IMG/VR virus record: IMGVR_UViG_3300046092_000062
Location: 1-64,000 of that record
Direction: 5' to 3' (one strand)
DNA length: 64,000 nt
This document shows, piece by piece, positions 50,372 to 57,719 of this stretch. Below the pieces are notes generated by a model. It was not told where the DNA came from, searched no databases, and saw only the letters and a program-made list of their open reading frames with translations. Positions within the stretch are counted from its first letter, which is position 1. Every line of letters begins with the position of its first letter. The translations under genes and the position numbers were made by a program.

Positions 50372-50373
50372 TT

Positions 50374-50829
50374 ATGTGGTATAACCGTGTTGTTAGCGAC
50401 CTAAGTAAAATTCCTGATTGCATTGAGTACTTTGAAAAAGAGTTAATAAATGCACGTGGGGAAATTGCTATCCGCGGAAACGTTGAGAAAAGCATTAGTA
50501 ATCTCCCGGGAGTGACAGAGTATAGATTCAACCAACTGCAAGAGATTGAAGCTATCCTGAACTTCCTTAACATTCAGTTGCGAAAAATTAGGCAGAAGCA
50601 TTACAAGAAATACCTCGAGGGGTATAACCGTGCATTAACTAGTCGCGATGCTGAAAAGTACGCAGAAGCAGAAGACGAAGTGGTTGATATGGAAACTATC
50701 ATTAACGAAGTTGCACTATTGAGAAATAAGTGGCTTGGTGTAATGAAGGGTTTAGAAAGCAAAAACTTCATGATGGGACACGTTGTTCGTTTACGCACAG
50801 CGGGTATGGAAGATATTGTAATTCAATAA
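50374..50829 (+). CDS. uvsY: Recombination mediator UvsY-like protein
   Basis: Helical; Y.EAEDEV...E..LLRNK(W).G.MKG(L)E.K.F...V.LR.AG, near uvsX. Confidence 0.75.
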   Translation: MWYNRVVSDLSKIPDCIEYFEKELINARGEIAIRGNVEKSISNLPGVTEYRFNQLQEIEAILNFLNIQLRKIRQKHYKKYLEGYNRALTSRDAEKYAEAEDEVVDMETIINEVALLRNKWLGVMKGLESKNFMMGHVVRLRTAGMEDIVIQ

Positions 50830-51581
50830 TGGCATTTAAAAACGCCCAAGCAAGTCACGAGCATAGCAGACGAGTTTTAGATTTACTATACGAATACGAT
50901 AGTTTTCTAGATAGCTTAACTGTAGTTGCAGACTTTGGCTGCGGCGCAGGATTAGATGCAGCGTGGTGGGCAGGGTTACAAACACGCGATGACCCGCCTG
51001 AGCCACGCAATCTTATTGTATATGCAGTCGATCAAACTATATCACAGATTGATCAGCGGGTAAAGCAGCTACATAACGTAAAACCTATAGAAGCAAACTT
51101 TGAGCATGACCACGTTATCCCTAGAGCGTGTGATCTCATGTGGGTACACGACAGTTTCCAATATTGCCTTAATCCAATACAGACGCTACGGTATTGGAAC
51201 CAGCAAATTAATCTAAACGGAATGTTAGTTCTAAGTATTCCGCAAAACACCTTTAGTCAATACAACCGCCCGCAATCGCATAGTTATAACGGAGTCTACC
51301 ATAACTATACTCTTGTTAATCTCATGTACATGCTGGCCGTAAGTGGGTTTGATTGCAGAGATGCGTACTTCTATAAAGAGGCAAACGATCCGTGGCTATA
51401 TGCGGCTGTGTACAAAACAAGCGACCCTTTAGACGCCAAAACCACTACTTGGTACACCCTTGCGGAGCAGAATCTAGTCAATGACAGCACTATTGCAAGC
51501 CTTAATGCGCATGGGTACGTTAGGCAAGAAGACTTAATAGTAACGTGGCTAGACAAAGATTTCTACCGTATAAAAGAATAA
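50829..51581 (+). CDS. Class I SAM-dependent methyltransferase
   Basis: VADFGCGAG motif I; TAATG stop/start overlap. Confidence 0.8.
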   Translation: MAFKNAQASHEHSRRVLDLLYEYDSFLDSLTVVADFGCGAGLDAAWWAGLQTRDDPPEPRNLIVYAVDQTISQIDQRVKQLHNVKPIEANFEHDHVIPRACDLMWVHDSFQYCLNPIQTLRYWNQQINLNGMLVLSIPQNTFSQYNRPQSHSYNGVYHNYTLVNLMYMLAVSGFDCRDAYFYKEANDPWLYAAVYKTSDPLDAKTTTWYTLAEQNLVNDSTIASLNAHGYVRQEDLIVTWLDKDFYRIKE

Positions 51582-51588
51582 ATACTTC

Positions 51589-52719
51589 ATGCGAAATTTA
51601 ATTAACATTTTTGAAGATCCTGCATTAAAGAAACAAGTTATTGACGTGGTAAAAACCACCGACGATACCTCCGTATTGCAGAAGGTACTTAACACTCTGA
51701 AAGCCGGTAACATCGAGGAACGTATTACTGGCGTTCTATCTAAAGATGCTGATGCGTCACGATTCATTAAACAAATTGCACAAGTGATTGTGCAAATTGA
51801 TGCTCCGGTAGAGAGTAAGGATGCGTTCCTTAAACAATACAAGCAAGGTATTATTGATACTGGAAAGTTAATGGATGGCAATGCTCATTCGTTTGATGAC
51901 TTGATTAGAGGCGACGACTTTGCAAAAGAGTTGTTTATTGTGCTATCCAAAACCCTAACATCACAAGGCGTGGGTCCCGGCGAAGTTGCTCTTGCAGTAA
52001 TGAGTCCGGATATTTCCTGGAGTGGACGTGCAGTCGGCGGCGGCGACATCCAAGTTGGTAGCAAAGCAGTTGAAGTTAAAACCAGCATCTCCAGTGGCGG
52101 ACGTTGGATCAACACTCGTAAAGCCAACATGAACATGCAAGGCATTCTTAAAGCGATTCAAGGTGCAATGGTTCCGGGCCCAAATGGTCAAATCGAAGCA
52201 TTGCCTGAGCGTATCAATCCAGACTACTGGATAAACAAGATCCGCCCAGTTATTGAGCCAACACAGCTCAATGCAGTTACCAAAGTGATGGCCGACGGAC
52301 TGTTTAATGCAGTTGATAACTCTCGTTACCAGCAAGCCCTAGAAGGTGGAGCAGCCGCAGACATCCGTGAAGCTATCCTGGCAGTTGGTTTTGACAACTA
52401 CAAAGAGTATAGTAAGTTTGACGGAATGTTGCTAATGGATGTAAAGACTGAATCCGCGCAGTACTTTGAAGATTACGACTCAATGATTGGCAAGATCAAA
52501 AGCGATATGCCATACATCTATGGCCCCGAGAGCGAAGGTATGCCAAAAGTAACATTACTGCTAGGTGATGCTGGATACGACATGGGCGCAGCAGATTCTG
52601 CACCAGCTGCACCTGTTGCAGCACCAAAGTCTATTGTTGGCGGACATACTAAGATAACCCCTCCTGGTAAGAGATCTGCGCCAGCTGGTGCCGACAACGG
52701 GATGAGAGCAAAACGATGA
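51589..52719 (+). CDS. Hypothetical protein with PD-(D/E)xK-like motif
   Basis: GPGEVAL...GDIQVG.K.VEVKT. Confidence 0.45.
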   Translation: MRNLINIFEDPALKKQVIDVVKTTDDTSVLQKVLNTLKAGNIEERITGVLSKDADASRFIKQIAQVIVQIDAPVESKDAFLKQYKQGIIDTGKLMDGNAHSFDDLIRGDDFAKELFIVLSKTLTSQGVGPGEVALAVMSPDISWSGRAVGGGDIQVGSKAVEVKTSISSGGRWINTRKANMNMQGILKAIQGAMVPGPNGQIEALPERINPDYWINKIRPVIEPTQLNAVTKVMADGLFNAVDNSRYQQALEGGAAADIREAILAVGFDNYKEYSKFDGMLLMDVKTESAQYFEDYDSMIGKIKSDMPYIYGPESEGMPKVTLLLGDAGYDMGAADSAPAAPVAAPKSIVGGHTKITPPGKRSAPAGADNGMRAKR

Positions 52720-52762
52720 AGTTACAATAAAACAACATCAACTAACCCAAAAACGGTACCTG

Positions 52763-52771
52763 TGCTATAAT
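52763..52771 (+). promoter_or_regulatory. Extended -10 promoter
   Basis: TGCTATAAT upstream of lipoprotein gene. Confidence 0.55.
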
Positions 52772-52793
52772 GCAACGTACCGTTTTTTAATGG

Positions 52794-53978
52794 ATGAACA
52801 GAATGCGTAAAACTTTAGTATTACTTTCTTGCCTAGCACTAGTCGCATGTGGCGGCGGTGGGGGTAGTGCTGGCAGCACCGTTGGGGCGCAGCAAAGCAC
52901 AGTAGCTGGAGCAATGACGCAAGTGACATCTGTGGGTCTACACCCAAACACAGTATACAACACAGCAGTCGGCGACCTAACAGGCGATGGACTTGATGAT
53001 GTAGTTATTAGTGGGTGGAATTTTGACGGAACCCCTGCACGGATCTGGGTGTTTGTGCAAAACTCAAATGGTACACTAACTGACAGAACAGATCTGCTCC
53101 CAGTTAATACAGTAAACGGAAGCCAGCATGTGTTTATTGCAGACTTTGACAACGACGGCCGAAACGACATTTTTGTTCCGGGATTTAAAGACGGCGGGGT
53201 TATGGACTCTACTAACAGCGTAATGTTTTGGAACAACGGCGCTTTTACACGTGATGTATTTGCAGATCGCGTAATGGCCCACGGTGCGTGTATTGACGAC
53301 ATCGACAATGATGGTGACATGGATATGTTGGTCTCGGGGGACCAAGGAGCAAGTATTTTATATGTAAATAATGGTAATCGTAACTTTACTGCCGATGTAT
53401 GGAAGTTTGGTGGCCAGTGGTTTGCAACATGCTCAATCACACATCAAGCAAACGGTGATGTTAACGTATTAATGGGTAACAATCGCAGCGTAGCAGGATA
53501 CTCTAGCATTGTGGCAGTTTACAACAGCGCACTACAATTGCAGTACAGTATTGGCATTGGTGCAACAGGGCAGGATGTGATTAATTCGGCAGCAATTGAT
53601 GTTAACGGTGATGGTCGTAAGGATTTTGTGGTAGCCGCAAGCAATTTGCATCCAGCATTACCATCTCGCTATATACTGCTAAACACCGGATTAAATACAT
53701 ACAGTAACGGCGGTCAAATTGATTCGTTGGGTAGCGACTACTACACAGAAATCACAACAGTAAACGGGACTCCTGCTTTACTTCTTGCAGCAACAGCAGG
53801 CGATAGCAGGCTTTATACATTTGCAAACGGAATAGCAACAGCATATCAACCACATGCGTTTAGTGCAATGGCAGGAACAAAGACTGCACAAGCTAATGCA
53901 GTTTACCGAAATATGCACTCAGGAAAGATTTTTATGCTACAATTACTGGATGATGCGTTTTATACGCAAGAGATGTAA
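52794..53978 (+). CDS. Lipoprotein with FG-GAP/VCBS beta-propeller repeats
   Basis: Lipobox LALVAC-GGGG; repeats GDLTGDGLDD, DFDNDGRND, DIDNDGDMD, DVNGDGRKD. Confidence 0.85.
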   Translation: MNRMRKTLVLLSCLALVACGGGGGSAGSTVGAQQSTVAGAMTQVTSVGLHPNTVYNTAVGDLTGDGLDDVVISGWNFDGTPARIWVFVQNSNGTLTDRTDLLPVNTVNGSQHVFIADFDNDGRNDIFVPGFKDGGVMDSTNSVMFWNNGAFTRDVFADRVMAHGACIDDIDNDGDMDMLVSGDQGASILYVNNGNRNFTADVWKFGGQWFATCSITHQANGDVNVLMGNNRSVAGYSSIVAVYNSALQLQYSIGIGATGQDVINSAAIDVNGDGRKDFVVAASNLHPALPSRYILLNTGLNTYSNGGQIDSLGSDYYTEITTVNGTPALLLAATAGDSRLYTFANGIATAYQPHAFSAMAGTKTAQANAVYRNMHSGKIFMLQLLDDAFYTQEM

Positions 53979-53989
53979 ATAAGAATACC

Positions 53990-54064
53990 GCACCAATAGC
54001 TTAATGGTAAAGCAGCCGACTCATAATCGGTCGAGTCTTGGTTCAATTCCAAGTTGGTGCACCA
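53990..54064 (+). tRNA. tRNA-CAT (Ile2-like loop CTCATAA)
   Basis: Cloverleaf, encoded CCA; anticodon arm resembles Ile2 tRNAs. Confidence 0.85.
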
Positions 54065-54069
54065 AATAT

Positions 54070-54144
54070 CTGGCGTTAGTACAATGGATAGTACAATGAG
54101 CTTCTACCTCATGAATGTGGGTTCGATTCCTGCACGCCGGACCA
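54070..54144 (+). tRNA. trnR: tRNA-Arg(TCT)
   Basis: ATGAG-CTTCTAC-CTCAT; CCA. Confidence 0.9.
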
Positions 54145-54154
54145 AACAAATTGC

Positions 54155-54183
54155 TTGACACTCTTGTGTTAAGCATATATAAT
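54155..54183 (+). promoter_or_regulatory. Consensus sigma70 promoter
   Basis: TTGACA-N17-TATAAT. Confidence 0.92.
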
Positions 54184-54192
54184 AGAAGTATT

Positions 54193-54276
54193 GCGAGAGT
54201 GGAGAAATGGTATACTCAGGAGACTTAAAATCTCCCGTCGAAAGGCATACGGGTTCGAGTCCCGTCTCTCGCACCA
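54193..54276 (+). tRNA. trnL: tRNA-Leu(TAA), long variable arm
   Basis: GGAGA-CTTAAAA-TCTCC; CCA. Confidence 0.92.
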
Positions 54277-54293
54277 AATGGTAAAAGTTGTAG

Positions 54294-54322
54294 TTGACAC
54301 AGAAAGACAAGTGTCATACAAT
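54294..54322 (+). promoter_or_regulatory. Sigma70 promoter
   Basis: TTGACA-N17-TACAAT. Confidence 0.85.
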
Positions 54323-54397
54323 TGAGGCTTGTAACAAACAAAGAAACGAAAGTTTAAACAAAGAGATAAATAAATTTACCAGATGTTGTTAAAGAGG

Positions 54398-54426
54398 TTG
54401 ACAACAAAGGTAAATAAACATACAAT
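54398..54426 (+). promoter_or_regulatory. Sigma70 promoter of the main tRNA operon
   Basis: TTGACA-N17-TACAAT; ATG 6 nt downstream. Confidence 0.85.
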
Positions 54427-54432
54427 ACTAAC

Positions 54433-54582
54433 ATGATGCAAAACATTCTTCATTCACTTAAACAACAACAGTCTACCTTAGGCACAGTGGCCTATTGGTC
54501 AGCGATGTCGTTTAGTTTGAATACGAATGATCGCGCACCGGAGATTAGTTTAGGGTTCTTAGAGGGAAGTGGTTACGCTTAA
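54433..54582 (+). CDS. Putative leaderless leader peptide (49 aa) of tRNA operon attenuator
   Basis: ATG at predicted +1; MMQNILHSLKQQQSTLGTVAYWSAMSFSLNTNDRAPEISLGFLEGSGYA*. Confidence 0.55.
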   Translation: MMQNILHSLKQQQSTLGTVAYWSAMSFSLNTNDRAPEISLGFLEGSGYA

Positions 54583-54608
54583 CAAGTAGTAGCTAACAAA
54601 CTTAAAGG

Positions 54609-54638
54609 ACCCTAGGATTAAAAACCCTAGGGTTTTTT
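54609..54638 (+). terminator. Intrinsic terminator / attenuator hairpin
   Basis: ACCCTAGG-loop-CCTAGGGT + TTTTT; left arm can alternatively pair with 54551-54560. Confidence 0.85.
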
Positions 54639-54655
54639 GTTTTAAGGAAGAAATT

Positions 54656-54808
54656 TTGAAGGTAGACTTTAATAAAAGAATTCGTGAAGTAAAGTTTACT
54701 GCCGAGCATACGCTAACAACAGAACAACGTAATACGTTGATTCAAGAAAAGTTAGAACGTGCAAGGAAGGAACTAGAAAGCCGTAAAAAGTTTTCACTTC
54801 ACGCATAG
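54656..54808 (+). CDS. Small hypothetical protein (50 aa, TTG start)
   Basis: AAGGAAG SD; charged helical sequence; first ORF after attenuator. Confidence 0.45.
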   Translation: MKVDFNKRIREVKFTAEHTLTTEQRNTLIQEKLERARKELESRKKFSLHA

Positions 54809-54969
54809 ACAGTGTTAGATAAGTGCTATATGCCCAGGTAACGAGGACCTGAAAGAACACTATAATAATCTTTAAACGGGCGGACAGTTGGATGAAATGC
54901 TGGCGGTAACAGCAGAGTACAAATAACTGGTTAGGGCATTGACCCTAACATATCCTGTAGCAATACAGG

Positions 54970-55048
54970 GTATTCACAAACAAACTAGACGAATCAATTA
55001 TATGATACATTATTGTTGGCAGCGACCCACTAGTTTGTTTATGAATAC
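54970..55048 (+). ncRNA. Long closed-stem RNA element
   Basis: GTATTCACAAACAAACTAG / CTAGTTTGTTTATGAATAC, one C-A mismatch. Confidence 0.55.
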
Positions 55049-55128
55049 CTTAAGGATGAAGATGATAGATAGATTCTGATTCTATACTATGTCCGAGCCC
55101 AGCGCCGGAAACCTTAAGGGATATATTT

Positions 55129-55202
55129 GGGCTGTTCGTATAATGGGATTACACTGGCCTTGCACGTCAGTTATTGGGGTTCGATCCCCCAACGGTCCAC
55201 CA
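55129..55202 (+). tRNA. trnA: tRNA-Ala(TGC)
   Basis: Loop CTTGCAC; G3:U70; CCA. Confidence 0.92.
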
Positions 55203-55207
55203 AATTT

Positions 55208-55282
55208 GGATGTATAGCAAAGTGGTAATGCACTACCTTCATACGGTAACTATCGCTAGTTCGAATCTAGCTACATCCACCA
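55208..55282 (+). tRNA. tRNA-CAT (Met or Ile2)
   Basis: Loop TTCATAC; CCA. Confidence 0.85.
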
Positions 55283-55284
55283 AG

Positions 55285-55431
55285 TTTTGAGATAGACGTA
55301 GGACTTGAGTCCCACATAGCATAGTGTAGTGTCTGCTACATGATAACGCCAGGCTGCTATAGTGGTTGATAAACTCGTCCATACGAGACAATCCAGTGAG
55401 TCCTCCCAGGAGGATAGTTGGGCTCTCAAAA
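55285..55431 (+). ncRNA. Multi-hairpin structured RNA
   Basis: TTTTGAGA...TCTCAAAA closing stem; inner hairpins GGACTTGAGTCC, CTCGTCCATACGAG, TCCTCCCAGGAGGA. Confidence 0.5.
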
Positions 55432-55439
55432 ATCTATTC

Positions 55440-55524
55440 GGGGTTTGAATACGTAACATATAGGACGAAACTGCGTGTAACTCACGTGGGCAGTATCAGG
55501 TGAAAGCCCTGACAAACTCCACCA
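55440..55524 (+). ncRNA. tRNA-like RNA with Ala-type acceptor and non-canonical arms
   Basis: GGGGTTTG/CAAACTCC-ACCA, G3:U70; 5-bp T-stem with TGAAAGC loop; no 7-nt anticodon loop. Confidence 0.6.
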
Positions 55525-55530
55525 ATTTTT

Positions 55531-55605
55531 AGGCTTGACATGAACTGGTGTTCATACTATCCTTACACGATAGATTAGGGAGTTCAATTCTCCACTAGCC
55601 CACCA
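55531..55605 (+). tRNA. trnV: tRNA-Val(TAC)
   Basis: CTATC-CTTACAC-GATAG; weak acceptor; CCA. Confidence 0.8.
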
Positions 55606-55612
55606 AGTTAAT

Positions 55613-55686
55613 CTGGGTATAGGATAATGGTAGTCGACGAGTCTTGGATACTCGAGGCGCTGGTTCGATTCCAGCTACCCAGACCA
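55613..55686 (+). tRNA. trnP: tRNA-Pro(TGG)
   Basis: CGAGT-CTTGGAT-ACTCG (A37); CCA. Confidence 0.9.
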
Positions 55687-55691
55687 ATCAC

Positions 55692-55780
55692 GGGGAGTTA
55701 TGCAGGCTGGGCCTGTCACGGTCTTGAAAACCGATGGACTGCGAAAGTGGTTAGAGTTCGATTCTACTATCTCCCCGCCA
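55692..55780 (+). tRNA. trnS: tRNA-Ser(TGA)
   Basis: Loop CTTGAAA, long variable arm, G73. Confidence 0.9.
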
Positions 55781-55786
55781 ATATAT

Positions 55787-55860
55787 TGCTCGTTAGCTCA
55801 ATGGTAGAGCAGTCGACTGATAATCGACCGACACAAGTTCGATTCTTGTACAAGCAACCA
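55787..55860 (+). tRNA. trnI: tRNA-Ile(GAT)
   Basis: GTCGA-CTGATAA-TCGAC; CCA. Confidence 0.9.
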
Positions 55861-55868
55861 AAGTTAAT

Positions 55869-55952
55869 GGATACTCGACACAGTTGGAGAGGTGTGGCTG
55901 GCTGTAACCCAGTTCGTAAAGTGAGTAGGTTCGATTCCTACAGTATCCACCA
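55869..55952 (+). tRNA. trnY: tRNA-Tyr(GTA)
   Basis: Loop CTGTAAC, long variable arm; CCA. Confidence 0.9.
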
Positions 55953-55959
55953 AGTTTAT

Positions 55960-56036
55960 ATACCAGTAGTTCCAATTGGCAGAACAGCAGTCTCCAAAAT
56001 TGCGTGTTGGGAGTTCGAATCTCTCCTGGTATGCCA
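55960..56036 (+). tRNA. trnW: tRNA-Trp(CCA) with A24
   Basis: Loop CTCCAAA, G73; D-stem GTTC/GAAC. Confidence 0.92.
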
Positions 56037-56041
56037 TATAC

Positions 56042-56117
56042 GCCCCTGAAACCTTTAATGGATGAGGTCCTGTCTTGTAAGCAGGAGAAGTCGGTTCGAT
56101 TCCGGACTGGGGCACCA
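56042..56117 (+). tRNA. trnT: tRNA-Thr(TGT)
   Basis: CCTGT-CTTGTAA-GCAGG; CCA. Confidence 0.88.
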
Positions 56118-56123
56118 AGTTAT

Positions 56124-56202
56124 TCCGAGAAATCCAAGCAAGGTGCAGGGACCTGACTGTTAATCAGTGGTTAGGTGGGTTCGATCCCCACACTCGGAGC
56201 CA
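56124..56202 (+). tRNA. trnN: tRNA-Asn(GTT)
   Basis: Loop CTGTTAA, G73; CCA. Confidence 0.88.
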
Positions 56203-56207
56203 ATCAT

Positions 56208-56379
56208 GTCTAGTTGGAAATGAAAGTAACCCAAAGGGAGCGACCTGAACAATCGCTGTCTAGTACGCTTACAAAGTAATTGTCCTGACTGTTCGACCCA
56301 AGAGGTGTTAAACCCGTAGATTCAGTTCCTACGCTCTCGCTCAAGGGATGTCGCTGTGTCACAGCAGCACTAGGCTCCA
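56208..56379 (+). ncRNA. 172-nt RNA closed by an acceptor-like stem ending in TCCA
   Basis: GTCTAGT/ACTAGGC-T-CCA; interior not a cloverleaf. Confidence 0.45.
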
Positions 56380-56387
56380 ATTTTTAT

Positions 56388-56462
56388 CACTGTGTTTAGC
56401 GGGTCTGCGCAAACCTTGCCAATAGATGGGAATGTGTATTTCGACGTACACCACAGTGGCCA
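56388..56462 (+). pseudogene. Degenerate tRNA (anticodon arm not assignable)
   Basis: CACTGTG/CACAGTG-G-CCA and T-arm present; D and anticodon stems poorly paired. Confidence 0.55.
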
Positions 56463-56469
56463 ATTTTGT

Positions 56470-56543
56470 TCGGGGATGGTGTAATGGTAACACAACAGAC
56501 TTTGACTCTGTCGTTCCGGGTTCGAGCCCCGGTTCCCGTGCCA
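56470..56543 (+). tRNA. trnQ: tRNA-Gln(TTG)
   Basis: ACAGA-CTTTGAC-TCTGT; CCA. Confidence 0.9.
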
Positions 56544-56550
56544 GTTTTAT

Positions 56551-56625
56551 AGTTCCTTAGTTCAGCGGTAGAACGCTACATTGACATTGTAGAGGTCAGT
56601 GGTTCGACACCACTAGGAACTACCA
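56551..56625 (+). tRNA. trnV: tRNA-Val(GAC)
   Basis: CTACA-TTGACAT-TGTAG; CCA. Confidence 0.92.
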
Positions 56626-56628
56626 AAT

Positions 56629-56704
56629 GCAACTTTAGCTGATGTGGTCATAGCGGTGGTCTGAAGAGCCATTGAAGCAGGTTCGATCCCTGCAGGTTGC
56701 ACCA
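56629..56704 (+). tRNA. trnF: tRNA-Phe(GAA)
   Basis: Loop CTGAAGA (G37); CCA. Confidence 0.9.
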
Positions 56705-56714
56705 AAATTTAAAT

Positions 56715-56791
56715 GCCCCGTTACGCTAATTGGTAGTGCGGATTCTCTCAAAAGGAGTTGGCTGTCTGTTCGAATCAGACACGGGGTACCA
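56715..56791 (+). tRNA. trnL: tRNA-Leu(CAA), short variable loop
   Basis: Loop CTCAAAA; 5-nt variable region; CCA. Confidence 0.85.
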
Positions 56792-56797
56792 TACAAT

Positions 56798-56874
56798 GCC
56801 TTCGTACGCTAATTGGTAGTGCGGATAGTTTTAGAAACTGTTGGTTGGGGGTTCGAATCCGCCCGAAGGTACCA
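56798..56874 (+). tRNA. trnL: tRNA-Leu(TAG), short variable loop
   Basis: Loop TTTAGAA; same D-arm as neighbours; CCA. Confidence 0.85.
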
Positions 56875-56877
56875 CAT

Positions 56878-56954
56878 GCCCCTGTACGCTAATTGGTAGT
56901 GCGGACAGACTTAAAATCTTTTGGTTGCAGGTTCGAATCCAGCCAGGGGTACCA
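56878..56954 (+). tRNA. trnL: tRNA-Leu(TAA), short variable loop
   Basis: Loop CTTAAAA; same D-arm; CCA. Confidence 0.85.
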
Positions 56955-56957
56955 AAT

Positions 56958-56986
56958 TTGACACTTAATGAAATGGCTGCTATAAT
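56958..56986 (+). promoter_or_regulatory. Consensus sigma70 promoter (second at 57053-57081, TTGTCC-N17-TACAAT)
   Basis: TTGACA-N17-TATAAT. Confidence 0.92.
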
Positions 56987-57181
56987 ACACACATGTTAAG
57001 AAATTAGCATAAAGTGCAGAGTAGCATAAAAACAACAGTTAGAAAATAACAGTTGTCCAATAAAGAAATTGGTGCTACAATACATACATGTTAAACAAAC
57101 AACGCAGCGCAGTGATCGTACTGTAATGCTAACAGTCTTTAAAAAGATACTGTCATATATCCCTGTTAAGTTCAGGGCTCT

Positions 57182-57262
57182 ATATGCAAACACATTAATT
57201 AACCTGGAGTGCGGTCACAGGGCATCGCAAGGTGTGGTAGCCGTGTTAATGTGTTTACATAT
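57182..57262 (+). ncRNA. Closed-stem RNA element, copy 1
   Basis: ATATGCAAACACATTA ... TAATGTGTTTACATAT. Confidence 0.6.
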
Positions 57263-57265
57263 AGT

Positions 57266-57340
57266 GGAGCTATCGTCTATCGGTTAGGACATCTGGTTTT
57301 CATCCAGGCAAGCGGGGTTCGATTCCCCGTAGCTCTTCCA
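57266..57340 (+). tRNA. trnE: tRNA-Glu(TTC)
   Basis: Loop TTTTCAT; CCA. Confidence 0.88.
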
Positions 57341-57414
57341 AGTTTTTACATTGTTTAAACCGCGGCTGATTTTAAAGTCGGATGAAGGCGAAACTAACAA
57401 TGTGATTCTATTTT

Positions 57415-57559
57415 GTGCTTCATACTATCAATTGGGAGAGCATTACCTAAAACACTAAGTAGGACATCGACAGTAAAGGCCAGTGGCCTAGGATGTGTAA
57501 GCCGTAAGTATACGGTATGTTCAGGTGATGTGTGTAGGTTCGAATCCTACTGATGTACA
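57415..57559 (+). ncRNA. tRNA-like RNA with ~75-nt insert in the anticodon loop
   Basis: Acceptor GTGCTTC/GATGTAC-A (G3:U70), TTACCT/AGGTGA stem around insert, GTAGG-TTCGAAT-CCTAC T-arm; CCA not encoded. Confidence 0.6.
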
Positions 57560-57567
57560 CAAGTTAT

Positions 57568-57719
57568 GCGGGGTCTCACATGGTGTGGCTGAAGAGATTG
57601 ATCACTCGGAGGCGAATGCGAAAATGCGAGGCCTTATGCAAGCAACCCCAAAGAGTAATTCCGAGTAAGGCACTGTAAGCATAAGGGCTTTCAGGGTTCG
57701 AATCCCACGCCCTGCACCA
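57568..57719 (+). ncRNA. tRNA-like RNA with pseudoknotted insert replacing the anticodon loop
   Basis: GCGGGGT/GCCCTGC-A-CCA (G3:U70), TTCGAAT T-loop; ACTCGGA/TCCGAGT and CCTTATGC/GCATAAGG helices cross. Confidence 0.65.

Noticed and set aside
57345-57402. Hammerhead-like segment (GGATGAAGGCGAAAC), also CTGATGA...GAAA at 58014
   Set aside because: The core is not CUGAnGA with a paired stem II and a proper GUH/stem III register.
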